A stretch of 44,670 nucleotides of DNA from positions 1 to 44,670 of the forward strand of contig LWCA01000173.1 of assembly GCA_001642005.1 (NCBI GenBank). Direction: 5' to 3'. The notes below the pieces were generated by a model, which was given only the letters and a program-made list of their open reading frames with translations, ran no database searches and was not told where the DNA came from. The position numbers and the translations under genes were made by a program. Positions 1 through 13,328 of this stretch are shown one piece after another; position 1 is the stretch's first letter, and each line of letters opens with the position of its first letter. The stretch is from Intoshia linei. Its lineage: Eukaryota > Animalia > Orthonectida.

Positions 1-129
1 ATAATTTATTTATTAATATTATTAATATTGTTAAAATTTTTACACATTTCAATAAATGTTATGTAAGTTACATGATGTAACTTGTTTAAATCGTTATCTA
101 GTAAATAAATTAGTCCACTATTTTTTAAA

Positions 130-611
130 CTAGGTTTTTCCGATAATTTTCAAATATTTAGCAAAAATGCTATTGTTGCTCATAAGATTTGATAAAATTG
201 TGTTTTTCACGAAAATATTTGAAAAAAGGGATTTTTTATTTTGGTTTTTGGCTATTGTTGCTTCGAGTTCATGCATTCTGCCAAACTCGTATTGCATAAT
301 GAAAATTATGCACTAGACATGTAAATACCTATTATAAAATGAAGATTCGGTTCATTATTGATACATAATTGGTATTTTTAAGTATTTATTAAATTGGTAC
401 TAAATATGTATCATCACATTGAAAATGACAAAATAGGTTTTTATAATTGTATTTTTTCTTTTATTTTATTTATCCTATTAATGACAATTTTTAGGATTGG
501 ACTGTTTTTGCTTTATTTTTAAAAATAATATATTTTTTTCTTAGTTGTTGAAATAAACGATAACACATAGACACACAGCCAGACAAAAAAAGCGTTTTAT
601 GTAAGTTAGGA
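130..611 (-). mobile_element. Non-autonomous Helitron 5' portion (degenerate)
   Basis: Minus strand starts A|TCCTAACTTACATAAAA followed by a GT-rich tract (gtctggctgtgtgtct), resembling the 5' ends at 12780, 29890 and 38603. Left boundary approximate. Confidence 0.55.
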
Positions 612-1517
612 TAAAGCATAAACAATAGTTGTAAATAAAAAATTACAAATACTTCAACAAAAAAACAGCATTACAATTTAATTGTTCATGATTATTTCTT
701 TAAATTTCAAATTTAATATATTTTCTAATTTTTTAGGCAATGTTAGGGTTAATTAGGGAGAATGCTGGTAATTGTAGTCCTCAGCTCATTGGTTTTTCTT
801 TTTTTTAGATTTGTGTACACTATAAATTCTACAACTTACATTTTTTCGGTTCTTAGTTGCAAATTAATAACAATAAAACATTTAATATTTAGTATTATTA
901 CTTTATATAAAGTAAAAGTTGCCAAAAATTAATATCTGTGTCTGTAACTATTAAGTGAGCAACCTGATAGTCTTAAATATTTCACGAATTAAAATGGTAA
1001 GTCAGTTTTTTGCGGTTCAAAAAGTAAGATAAATTTCTAATTAAAAAATTGTTATCTTCACGGCAAACCTCAAATTTGTCTTTTTTAAAAATGAAAAGAG
1101 TCCCAGTATTTTAAAAAACATAAATTTTCAGAGATTTTAAAATCATAAGCAGTATCATACATTTCAATTTAAAAAACTGACATCTTCTTAATTTTCATAA
1201 AAAACTTGTGAAATTTTATTTATTATATTTAAATAGACTCTCTAGGTTAATATCCTCCGAATGGAAGTAGAAAATTCCCAAGCTCGTCTTTCTTGTATAA
1301 AAATTCGATTAATTACAGAAAAAAATTAAAATTTCATCGTAATTGGCGCAAATATCATAATTATATTCTAATTCATAAGTACAAGTTGAGTATTAAGACC
1401 TATTTTACGTAGAATATCAGGATTCGTAAATTATTATATAGTGTATACAAAGACTACTGTATATATTAATATTATATGGTTTAAGCTGTCCTTGGTGTAT
1501 ATTATTACATAATAAAA

Positions 1518-1800
1518 CTAGCTTGACTGTTTTGTACTATATACAAACAGCACCTAGCTCTGACGAGAGCGAACTTATCTAATAAATTCTAATTCTACCA
1601 AAAAAATAAATTCAATAATAAAATCTTAATTCAAAATGTTGCTCATTATTAAAACAATTATTTAAAGAAGTCATTCCTCAACTTGAATTTCTCATTACTT
1701 TTTAATTTAAAATGAATAATTCCCACTTCATTTTATTTTGTTAGCCAGAATAGTAAAACTTAAAAATTGTCAAAATAACTTAAATTCCATAAAAAATACG
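1518..1800 (-). mobile_element. Helitron 3' end (subterminal hairpin + CTAG)
   Basis: Minus strand reads gagctaggtgctgtttgtatatagtacaaaacagtcaagCTAG|T. The same terminus occurs at 7413, 15504 and 32077. Right boundary approximate. Confidence 0.7.
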
Positions 1801-1848
1801 GAAAGGATGTAAAATTAATTTATATTCTGTAATTTGATTAAAATGTAC

Positions 1849-3197
1849 CGATGCAGTTATTTCTTGGACCAATCCATTCTGAATTGATACACAAAAGTGT
1901 AAATATATTAAACGAGTTTGTACATTGGAATATAATTTTATTATATCGGTTCACCAAATGTTCGGAATCTTTAATATGTATATTTTTGCAACCAATTTCT
2001 AACATAAATGTATAATTAATTCATGATATTCAATATAAAATATAATTAAAGAATTAATAAACAATTTTGTAAGAATTAGATAGGAAAATATAAATTAAGT
2101 TAAATAAAATATTCATTTATTTTTTTTTTGTAGAAAACGAACCTGAACAGCGATAATATGAATTATAAACTATGAATGCAACCTGCTCATTGAAAATTGT
2201 GGCAAGTAAGATATTTTACCTTGATATTGAAACAAAAAATTGTTTATCGATTTTTGTCTAATATTGGAAAAAGGACTGACAAAATGAATGACAATATTGC
2301 TGGTTTGAGAGAAAAATGAAATTGTTTTATAATGTTGATTAATATAACCGTTTACGGCTAGATTTTGATTCACTGGGCACATTGACAATGAATACTTTAA
2401 ACTATTTTCGTGTATTTCAGCAACGCTTGAACAATGACCATTGTTAATGGAATGAATATATGGTCCTTTGGAATTATTCTTCATTAACGTTATTATAAAT
2501 TGCAACGTTTTTGTTGAGTTTACATTGACATTGTTCAAGTTAAAAATGGTAATATTCCATCTTTTTCCTTTTTCTGCTGTTAAATAGAGAATGCACGATT
2601 TTTCAGATTTTGATTTAAATATAGAGAATGTGGAAATGTAACCATTTTTTGTTAGAACAATATTTTCTTTAGGTTTGACATTACACTGTTTTTCGGTGAC
2701 AACTACGTGATTAGTTTAATATAACAACTAAGAATTTGAAACCTTTATGACACTGATAAGTTACTGTTAGATATGAAGACAAATCACGTCTACAGCTATG
2801 CATAAAATCTAAATATTTGTTTGGTATAGTCAAACTGCAATTTGTTTTTCCAGTGCAAACAAAATCCAGATAATCTAGTAAAAATGTATGGATTGGAAAG
2901 ATAATTATTAATTAATTATTAAAAACCTTGAACATTTGCATAGCACCCAATTTGGTAATATGACGTTAAACATTTTCCAACAGACATGCGACCGTAAAGA
3001 GCTGACTGAATAATGATTATATCATTTCCCAAACATTTTGGAATAAAACTGTCCCATTTGCAATATGAAATGGAATCTAATATTGCATTTTAATAAAAAC
3101 GTTTATTTTGATAATCACCATTTTCAATTAATTGAATTGTGTCGATCCAACAAATTTTATTCAGATACATCAGAAGAATAAAAATATCAAATTTCAT
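1849..3197 (-). CDS. Secreted/receptor protein: SUEL (Gal-lectin)-like + CUB-like + sushi-like domains; 3' end not resolved
   Basis: Exons 3197-3119, 3076-2927, 2874-2743, 2702-2220 and 1998-1849 are all GT-AG and in frame. Hydrophobic N-terminus MKFDIFILLMYL. SUEL-like: YCKWDSFIPKC...IIIQSALYGRMSVGKC...IGCYANV..LDFVCTGKTNC...SYLTVTYQC. CUB-like: SCILYLTAEKGKRWNITIF...NFLFQYQ. Sushi-like: GC...IFQC...LLCINSEWIGPRNNC. Confidence 0.8.
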
Positions 3198-5440
3198 TAT
3201 TCCTTCATTTATATTAAAAAGATATATCATGATGTAAAAGTTGTATTTTAATTAAAAATATTTTAATAAAATTATGAATACTTATAATTACATGTATTGA
3301 CGTTTTCAATTGCTTTATAAAATAAATAATAAAATCAGCTGTGTATAAATATATTTTTTTAAAGCTAGTGCAGCATCCACACAGTATATGGGACAATTAT
3401 ATTGAGTAATTCAGTTTTATAAAATTAATTATATATATCACATCAATATCATATTAATAATTTATTAATGGTTTTACAATACTGATGCAACACCATTTAA
3501 TAAATATAGACCGCGAAATTTTCCAATTTGGCCAATTTCAATATTTCCAAGTAACTCAATATTTTATATTGGAGGCTTCAAGTGCAATTATAATTATCTT
3601 TATCGTGTCCGTTACAGACTAAATTATATCCTACTAAGAGTAGAGATATGTATTATTAGCTTGTCTGCTAATATTTAAATATACATGAAAAATTTAATAT
3701 TCATTATTGACAAAATGACATTATTATCAAAAATGTTGCCTTATTCGATCAATAATGGGTAAAGCTTGGTAATTTAGTATGAAACATATTGACAGAGCTA
3801 ATCCTATTTGATTCACATTCTCTTCAAAATGCGACATTTTCATTAAATTTAATGTATTGCTGAATGCTTTTCAGTTTTATATCTACACTTACATTATATG
3901 TAAATTTACATATTTTTTGAATTATAAATTTCATTATAACTTGAAGTAATTTAAATTTTGACAAGAATGCAATATGTATCAAGTGAAATTTTTATTATAA
4001 ATGTTATGAAACGTATTTAATATATAAATTGATTTGGTCCAAGTGTATATTTTCTTAAGATGCTAAAATTTTTAATTTATAAAAATTATAATTTTAATAA
4101 GTTAGATTGTATATACTATATAGTGTTCCTTATGTTTTAAATAATACATTCAAATATACATGGAATATGTTAAATAATTTACGCCAATCATTTTCAATAG
4201 GGTTCATGTGGACTTCAAGACTAGTGGAAAATTTACATTTGATATTCATTTTTTTGGCACAGAAACATTTCACAGCACAGAAATTTTTCATCAATTTCAA
4301 GTATGGTAAATATGAATTATGATTTATAGAAAGTATTCAAAATTATAGGGTTACTTAACCACTGCTAGATGCTTAGTATACTTAACTAGATGATATTAGT
4401 AAAAAATCGATTATTCAGTTAAAATTGATTTATTATATTTGGAAATTAGTTTTTTAATTACGGACAAACATGTTTGAGTTACCTCAACCGAACATGTTTT
4501 TATGATGTTTCTAAACCAAGTTGTTAAAAATATTCTTTTTTAATAACGTTAAATAAGCATAATACATAATTTCTTTTCAAAGATTTATTTCTAACTTATC
4601 TTAAGTAAGATACTTAAATTAATTTTAAAAAGGGATTCGAGTACGTAAACATAAAAAGTATTGTACATTTTTCTTAAAGCATAAAATTTTAATAGGTTCT
4701 ACGATAATATTTTATTTAGACTTATCTTAGAGAGGGTAATTATATGATTTAAACAAAAATAAATGTACTTATAATTGGAAATTAACTCTATAATTATAAT
4801 AGGTTAACCTTAATGAAAAATGTAATTTTATAAATACATGTATGAGAAACACTGGTTTTAGTTTAAAAGTATATTATATATGTACAGACCAACGTTTCCA
4901 AACTGCCGACTCGGTAAGAATGTAAGAATGTTAAGTAATGAATATTTTATTGCAAATAAAGCTATTTACCCACCATAGAAAATCACCATGTTAAAATATA
5001 CTTTAGTTAGCACCTTCTATGGGTCAGTCAAACAATTTTACATTTTCACTGACCGAAAGAATGAAAAGGTTGGGAAACGCGTCAGTATACATTCAGACTC
5101 GTCAATAATGAACCTTAAATCTCATTCACAATTTTACAAAAAATCATTCACAATTAATGACTGATATGAGTCTGAAAGTATATTCATATTATATGTTGAT
5201 AAATATACTATATATTATCCTGTGCCCTCAAACACCTGCCGTTTATCAATAGGTAGTAAGCAACGGGAAGGCGTAAATTTTTACTGTCAACAAGGTGATG
5301 CACATCAGCCATTCTCAACGGGGTCCACACATCTTTTTTAGAGGTCCATGAAAATTATATACATTTATTACATATTATAGACAATTTCAGTAACATAAAG
5401 TCGTTCTTAAAACATAAAGGTTCAGAAATATTAATATAAA

Positions 5441-6135
5441 CAGTGGCGGATTCAAGGGGGTGCAGAAAGTGCAGTTGCACCCCCTAAATTTAAAAAAAAT
5501 TTAATTAATGTTTTGTAAAATAACTGAAAAAAGTTTAAATTTATTAAAAAAATAAGATGACGCATAACATTACATGTCATTACGATGAAAAAACAAAAAT
5601 TGATTCAAAGACCACTATCATACAATTAATGGAAAGCTGCAATTCTAATTTTTTTCCAAATATTTATCAACTTTTAATTATTTTGGCTACATTGCCAATC
5701 ACCACATGTGAACGTGAACGCTCCATTAGCATTTTGGAAAAGATTGAAAACCGTTTTAAGATCAACAATGACTGGTAATCGTTTATGTGGACTGGCCCTC
5801 ATGAATTGCCATTATGAATATAATTTTTATATTGAAAGTTTGGTTAATGAATTTGCAATACTTCATCCAAGAATACTGGACCTAATTGATTAGGATTATT
5901 TAATGAATAAAATTAATTAATTACATTTTGTGTTGTTCATTTTTTTCATTTTTGCGAAAAAATACAAATATAATAAATAAATAAAATAAATAATAAAATA
6001 ATATAAAATAATAATAAAATAAAAGAGACGCTTTAAAATCAAACTAGACACCTTGATATTAAAAGAGACGCTCTAAAAAAATTTTCTTGATATTGAAATT
6101 GCACCTCATTAACTAGCCTATTGGATCCGCCCCCG
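5441..6135 (+). mobile_element. Non-autonomous hAT element (Blackjack/Tip-like) with frameshifted transposase dimerisation-domain remnant
   Basis: Imperfect TIRs CAGTGGCGGATTCA (5441) and tggatccgcccccg (6122-6135). ORFs 5557-5778 and 5708-5893 join across a frameshift into FPNIYQLLIILATLPITTCERERS.../KRLKTVLRSTMTGNRLCGLALMNCH, the hAT C-terminal dimerisation motif. No clean TSD. Confidence 0.85.
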
Positions 6136-7412
6136 ATAAAACGTGCAAATCATGTCAAAGTAAATTCTTTGATATTAAATTAAATTACTTACAAGTGTAA
6201 AAAACTTATTGGGAAACCTTCATTGTTCTATTTTAGAGCAGCGATTTTATTTAATTATTTTATTAAAATTTATGACCGAGCCAAGTTTTTAGTCATAAAA
6301 AAAGCATTAAATTTCGAATTGAAAATAGGACAAAAAATTCAGTCAATATTCATGATTCTATGAAACATTAACCAAGGGATATAAAATATTAATTTTTCAC
6401 AGGGAAGATAGATAATATAGACTTTAATATTGATCTGATAAAATATGTAGTAAACAATTAATAACGTACTGTAAACAATATCTGAAAAACATGTTCAATT
6501 TTGGGAATATTGACGGGTTAAAGGTTAATATTAATAGTTCATCAAGTTTATCATCTCGCAAAAATAGAGTATTCCATGTCTTTTGACCATCATTCGTTTC
6601 ATTCAAATGTAATGATTCATTAAAAATTGTCATTATTATTAATTTTTTTGAGGATCCACAGCGAGAAATGGTTGAGAATGCCTGATGTACATGACGTTTT
6701 CTAACTATCAAAATCAAAATCTAATTTTTGATTTGATACTTAAATTTAACACTTAATAGTTATGATATTCAAGAATAAAATTTTTTAATGCTTAATTTGA
6801 AAACCGCGGGCCCTAATTTTAGAAATTTTGTTAAGGCCCCGTCGAGGGTCTTTGTTTCGGTAGGCGAAATTGATGCTAGCCACTTTCTGGAAGTTTAAAT
6901 TTGACACTCGAAATAGTTACGATATTCAATAATTATTGAATATAATACTAAAATTTATTATAGACCCGGAGAGTGGCTCAAATTACGATAGTAAGATATG
7001 CCTTAATTTCCTTTTCAATGAATTTTGGTTTTAATTGGGTTTATTTAGAAAGATTGCGGGTAAATTGCAATAATCATGAGTCAAGAAATTTCTCTCAATA
7101 CAAATAATAACTATACGAATAATGCGCAATCCTAAAAGTAATAATAATTATAATTATTATTAAAAATTATTTTGAAATAAAAAAGTATGTGGTTATTTTG
7201 AAAGATAGCTAAATTCAGCACCGCATCAAGTATTCAATAAAAATTTTTCTATTTATCCACTGGCTAATTTTGGTTTGATAATGATTACACAGCGTTATAT
7301 TATATATAAAAATTACATCCTACTAAATAAATATTATAAACTATAAATAAATAAATATAATGAAATGAACATTTAAAATTTCTATTTGTATAATATACAT
7401 TTTATATATACA

Positions 7413-7600
7413 CTAGGTTGACTGTTATGTACTACGTACAAACAGCACTTAGCTCACCGAGGACACATTTTTATTCTACCAAAAAAATAAATTCATGTTG
7501 AAAATCAAACTTAAAAATTTTACTATTCACTATTATCAATCCATTAAAGGAGTGGTTCAAAAATTACATTTATAATTCACAATAACTTAACCGCTAAGAA
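7413..7600 (-). mobile_element. Helitron 3' end
   Basis: Hairpin ctgttatgtactacgtacaaacag lies next to CTAG (7413-7416). It is the reverse complement of the copy at 31925-32077. Confidence 0.7.
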
Positions 7601-8300
7601 AACTTTTTAAGTTTTTAGATAAATATACATTTTTTGAAAAACAATTATTATTTAGGCTACCAAATTTAAAATTAATCTACTACACATAATTTTTTCAACA
7701 TTAATTTGGAATTTAGAAAATTATAAAATTAAGCTATAAATAATAATGAATACGTATATATTACATTGATCTGAACCTTTGGTAATTATTGTTAGAACAG
7801 ATGTTTTGTTTCTCGATTGCTCACGTAATTCTTAAATTAATATTATTATAACAATTATTGTAAATATGTAAAATAAATAATAAAATAAAAATTAAATTAA
7901 CTGTAAAATTATTATCAGTGACGTGAATTACGTCAGAACATGCTTAAATAAACATTCAAATAATTTTCACATTTCAAAATACATTTTGGTGAACATTTTC
8001 AGGAATGTTTTTGAAATAATTCTCATAACAGCTACATCATTTTAGACATGAGACTCTTTTTAATTAATACATGTACTATTAAATTAAAAAAATTGAAATC
8101 TCAACTTGAGATCCACTGAAAATGCAATGTGCTAGGCAAGTGATTTCCGATTGAAAATTCAAAACTAGATACCTGGGAGTTCGTGAGATTCAAATAAAAT
8201 ATAAAAAAAATTTTATCAACTTTTTTTAATTTTTAATATTTATTACAGAGTTGCCAGATGTTGGTAATTTATCCCAAAACCTAGACGACAGCAACATTAA

Positions 8301-8917
8301 CCCATATACTCCCAGACAAATTTTTCCAATTTTTTGGCTTCGATTTTTTCAAAAATTTGGAAAGTTAATACACATATAATACATACATACTTGCTTATTT
8401 CTCACCATATATAATTTTAGGTAATTACCAATTGTAGTTATGGAATTATTTCACATTCCATATGTTCACATTGGGGGAATAAGGCAAATAAAAGTGTGTA
8501 TATATAAAACCGCATCGTAATATACCTAATTATTTCAATCAAATTGTAGCCAATACATGAATTTATTATATAGTATTCATTAAATTCAGTTATCACAACT
8601 TTAACAAAAAAAAATATAAAAAATTTTTTCAGTGAATTTTTTTTTGCTTTGAAAAATCATTTTGGCCCACTGTCAGGGACACAGAAAACTAATCGGTGAC
8701 AACTCATAACTAATATACTCGAATGTTATATAATATANGCCCACTGTCAGTGACACAGGAGGCTAATCGGTGAAAACTCATAACTAATATACTCGAATGT
8801 TATATAATATACTAATTAATTTAATTTTTTATATTTAATTAACTTTGTTTTAATTTGATACGTGTTTTTATAAATTTAATGTTGTGTGACCATATGGTCA
8901 CACTGGGAGTATATGGG
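8301..8917. mobile_element. piggyBac-type MITE
   Basis: Perfect 15-bp TIR CCCATATACTCCCAG / CTGGGAGTATATGGG, flanked by TTAA on both sides (8297-8300 and 8918-8921). It interrupts another repeat that is contiguous, without the insert, near 35280-35480 in inverted orientation. Confidence 0.92.
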
Positions 8918-8920
8918 TTA

Positions 8921-9270
8921 ATATTTCAAAAATCAAACTTTTATCCTACCACATATAAAATTTAATTAAAAATACCATTTTAAACCTTTATGGAAAAATC
9001 GACTTTTATTGATGTTTTTTTTGAAAAATCCATTTATCCACCCCATAATAAAAAATGAAATTTTATCAACCCTTAAGGGAAAAATCCCTTTTTCCAATAT
9101 TTTTTTTGAAAAATACAATTTTAAATAATCTTATGTGAAAATACATTTTATTCCAACCTCAAAATAAAAATCCAATTTTACCAACGCTTTAAGGAAATAT
9201 CATTTTTTTCCAACAATATTTTGAAAAATCCGATTTTACTAAATGTTATGAGAAAAATCTTTAAATTTTT
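8921..9270 (+). repeat. Dispersed repeat with ~29-bp tandem subunits (aaaaatccacttttaccaacccttaaggg-like)
   Basis: The same degenerate subunits recur at 21030-21410, 35130-35330 (inverted) and 39130-39400. Confidence 0.6.
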
Positions 9271-9435
9271 TAATAAATGTTTGATATTTCATATTTCCTT
9301 GGGTAAAAAAAATTAATATTTTGAAATGGGGTCCGTACACTATTTGACTCAAGACCAATGGTTTAGGCCAATGTTCATACAATCATTTTTTTTGAATTTT
9401 TGAATAGTAAATATATTTTAAATAAACTTTTAATT

Positions 9436-11337
9436 TTATTTATTACCGCCAATTCTTGAATGTCCTTTACAACGTATGTCTAAATTAATAAATGGTATAT
9501 GCCAGGGACGATATCCAAATCAATTGTGGTGTGTTAATTTTGAGATTATATTGTAAAATTATTTTCTGGTGTGTTATCTAATAAAAAAATTATTACTCAA
9601 CTCCGCCAATTAAAACCAAAGCTAAGTGTTTTACATCATTTTTTATATAAGGGAAAATGAGTAACATTTTTCAGCAACTTTTCAATGAAATCAACAATGT
9701 TAATTGAACTAAACATGTAGATTTCAATGATACGCAATTGAACCTTGTTTACTCATTTAATCTCTTTGAATTTAGTTTTTAGGCTGTATATTTATTAAGT
9801 TTTTTAAAAAAAGTAAAGTCTCTTTTTAACATGAAAACACACCTTTTGCAATCACTGGTATATTATAATTCATATACTTACCTAGATTATTCATTGTATA
9901 TCTGCCTCCAGTTATAATTTTTATCGAAGAAACAACAAGGTCTACAGTTGTTATATAGAACGGATTCTAAAAGACGTAATATATACAATTATCACAAATA
10001 TACACCATGTACTTATATAATAAAGTAAACCCCATATACAATAGGTGTTAACTTTTTGACCAAAGAAGTGGAAAGGTTGTCTCTCTAGAAAAGAATTTTA
10101 TGGTAGGACATCTAACAGCAAAAAATATCATTAAGATACTAAAAACTCTTTCCAATGGTTGTATGAATCCAAAAGTTACGAATTTATGTTCATTAAAATA
10201 TTATCAGTCTTACGTCCCGGTTATTTAATTTCTGTAAAATTTTATATCGAGTTACATTATTGTCAAAATTATGATACTCTAAGATATCCACATAATATTA
10301 ACGTAAACTTCTGTTAATCATATTTATTAATATTATTTTAATTTTTCGATGGTTCTTTTTATTTTACTAATAAAATATGGGTAAAATGAAACATTATAAT
10401 CTAATTGAAATCAAAATGGCTGATTATCATTAAGGGATTTATGTTAATTATATTATTTTTATATTATGTTTGCATGGAAAATAAAAATTTAGTAATCACA
10501 ATTTGTATTGAGAAAATTTTGAATATAAAATAGAGAAAAAAGTAATTTTTTTGTGATTAATTAACCCCTTTTATCTATAAACATTCGGCTGTACTATCAA
10601 TTTATTTGGTCACTTTATGATTCTTGAATATCCCTGATATATAATTAATGAAATAACCCTTCTGAAAACTTTGATTAGATCTGTATTCTCTTTGTGACAT
10701 AGGTAGTTGTTGCCGATTTTAGAATCCGAAAAAAACAATGCCTTTGAAAGATCCAGCTCTATGCCTATGCTTTTTTCTTTAGAATACAATATCATCTTAG
10801 CATCGGAAAGAAGAACGTGTTCTTTTGTTCTCTTGAAATGGAGACGTACAGATAATTTGTAAAAATATTCATTTGATACAGAATATGTTAAATAATCACA
10901 ATCTTTATATGTTTTAGTTGATTCTGCTTTAAGTGTATATATCTATAAACTGTGACGATTAATATATATATTTTCTACTTTTCCTTCATTAAATGATCCT
11001 AGATATGAATAATAATTTGTAACTTTTATTTTAAGCGATCCACACGTTTGCATGCATGCACCTTCTGTATGCTCCTGAAATGTATCTAAAAATGTATATA
11101 GTTAGTGAGCTGGTTTAAATCTATACTGCATGAATCGTAAATCCATTTCTGCTTTTTATTATTTACATCATCCTTATTTTTAAATGAATGTCCAAGCGTG
11201 TCATTTTTAGGACTCGTAGAATTTTCATTCCCGCTTGAAATTACAACTACAATAAAATTATTAGATGTATGGCATAGTCAAGTTATTAAACCTGAAATTG
11301 ACACCAAAAGAAGGTATCTGAATATAAATTGATTCAT
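9436..11337 (-). CDS. LAMP-domain-like glycoprotein; signal peptide present, no transmembrane tail found
   Basis: Exons 11337-11292, 11246-11127, 11085-10979, 10942-10658, 9966-9882 and 9479-9436 are in frame. Signal peptide MNQFIFRYLLLVSISVVISS. Cys spacing and motifs ACMQTCGSLKIKVTNY, KDCD...SVRLHFKR, SKIGNNYLCHKE and DIRCKG resemble the LAMP luminal domain. The last two exons are less certain. Confidence 0.55.
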
Positions 11338-11949
11338 TGAAATGTGTATATAATTGTATAAAAATTTTATTTAGATTAAATCAATATTAAGTTTATTCTT
11401 GAATAAATAAATTTGTCTTTTTATTTACCCATTTTCTCCCAATGCCAATCCCAATGGCCAATGCATTGGTCAAACATAAATAGAATATTAAAATGTGAAA
11501 ATTTAGTATTATTACATTGTAAGCAATATAAATATTAATTAATGACATATTGATCATTGCGTACAAGCTTTTGCAATGTATTTTTCACCACCATGAGGTT
11601 ACTAATTTCGCTATTTACCGTATGATAAATACACACATATAATTACATCATATGCAGCAGTGTTCCCGATAAAAACAGTGTTCGGAGTCCGGATTTTTTT
11701 ACCCTTTTATACTATAGAACGGTGGTTCTCAACCTTTTTCGAATTTTTTTAAATTCCTCCCCATCATTATTTCATTTAATTATTTAATCATTAATGACCA
11801 AATCTTAACATATACTATATCGCAGTGTTAGAGTTATAATGTTCTATTTGCATAAACATAGGTTTGCATAAATCGAATTTAAAATTTAAAAGTACTATAC
11901 AGATTTTTACACATATTTCGTTATTGGAAATGTGCAGACGTGCAATGTA

Positions 11950-12780
11950 CATTTTTTTTTAAAATTGTAGAATCAATATTTACATTTGCAATTTTTATTT
12001 TTGTAACGATAAGGTATTGTACTAAGGAATCTGGAAGATTGTACAATTTAAAGAGTTCGAAGAATTTATTATTTAAATTATCACCTATATATAAAGTTCA
12101 CTTCTCATAGTGATTATATCACTACAATTTTAAACGAAATATTTAAAAAATATTGGTTGATAATATATTAAAAATTATTTTTCACCGAAAATGCGTAGAT
12201 TTCTCGGGTTGAACTTTTGTATTTATATCAACTGGAATAAGCTCTATCAGAATAATTTTTTTTTAATTATTTTCGGACTAATTATTTCACATTTTTTTTT
12301 GTTAATAAAATATTTCGGAAAGAAAATATATGAATACTAAAATGCTTTTTTGATCGTGAAGTCGTCACTTATTCGAATTGAAATTTTTGTGTGTGTTAAC
12401 AGGATAAAATTGTACCATTGTAATTTTTTTTAAATTTTAGGGCTGTTTTCATTAAAAAAAGAAGGGTAATTTGGGGTTTTGGCCCTGAAGATATTTTTTT
12501 TAAATTTAAATTCATGATAATGTTTATGATTTTAAAATCCGTATCAGTGTATATATTTTTTTAAATTCTCCAACTTGTTTGATTTTAAAAAAAATGACAA
12601 TTGGGATTTGTGATCCGTAAAATGTGAAATTGGGAGGTTGGAATTTATCTTATTAAACGTCCCGGAAAAAACTGTAATTGAAATGTTGTCTTTAAAAAAT
12701 TCTTAGAGTGGTAGTTATTTCAATAAAGTGGAACACACACACACAAACAAAAATCGCGTAGCATATTATATAAGTAAGGA
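11950..12780 (-). mobile_element. Non-autonomous Helitron (5' TC at 12780, GT microsatellite), 3'-truncated
   Basis: Highly similar inverted copy at 17040-18060 and same-orientation copy at 29388-29890. The 5' end reads A|TCCTTACTTATATAATATGCTACGCG. Confidence 0.8.
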
Positions 12781-13328
12781 TAATTTATTTATTAATATTA
12801 TTAATATTGTTAAAATTTTTACACATTTCAATAGACGATCAACGAGCATTAATTAAACGCCTAGCTTACTTTAGATCAATTTATTTTTGCTTGATATTTC
12901 ATTGAATATGATTTATTATTTTAAAATGACATGAAAATATTTATTGACAATATTACAGTAAAATAGTGATTAAAACTTCACATGAGATTATACAAATTAA
13001 ATTATATAAATCTTGATTTAATGTGGTATCAAATCGTCGTTGGATATAGAATTATATCACAAGTCATGGCATGATCATCTTTGATTAATCACTTTCGATA
13101 TGTTATCAATTGAATGTTCGTTTGTAAGTTTTAGTATTGAGAAATAAATATTTTGAATCTTTCGGCGAAAGTAATCATTAGATTTTCTTAAATTGAATTT
13201 TTTTCCAATAAAAATATGTTTCCATCTGATTAAATTCAAAAGATTCCATGGCGCGGATTAGTGAGGTTAGTAAGATTAGTAAAATAAGTAGATTAAATAT
13301 GATTAAATTAGTTGATTAAATGAACATG

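Noticed and set aside
6424-6717. 97-aa minus-strand ORF
   Set aside because: No recognisable motif and I could not link it to neighbouring exons; it may still be a stray exon or TE remnant.
8666-8812. ~73-bp tandem duplication
   Set aside because: The two copies are separated by the single n at 8738, so this is most likely a contig-overlap or haplotype join artefact.
11429-11547. Short hydrophobic ORF ending LAIGIGIGRKW upstream of the LAMP-like gene, suggesting a neuropeptide-like exon
   Set aside because: Splicing it to the downstream exons hits an early TGA, and the ATG at 11337 already gives a complete signal peptide.
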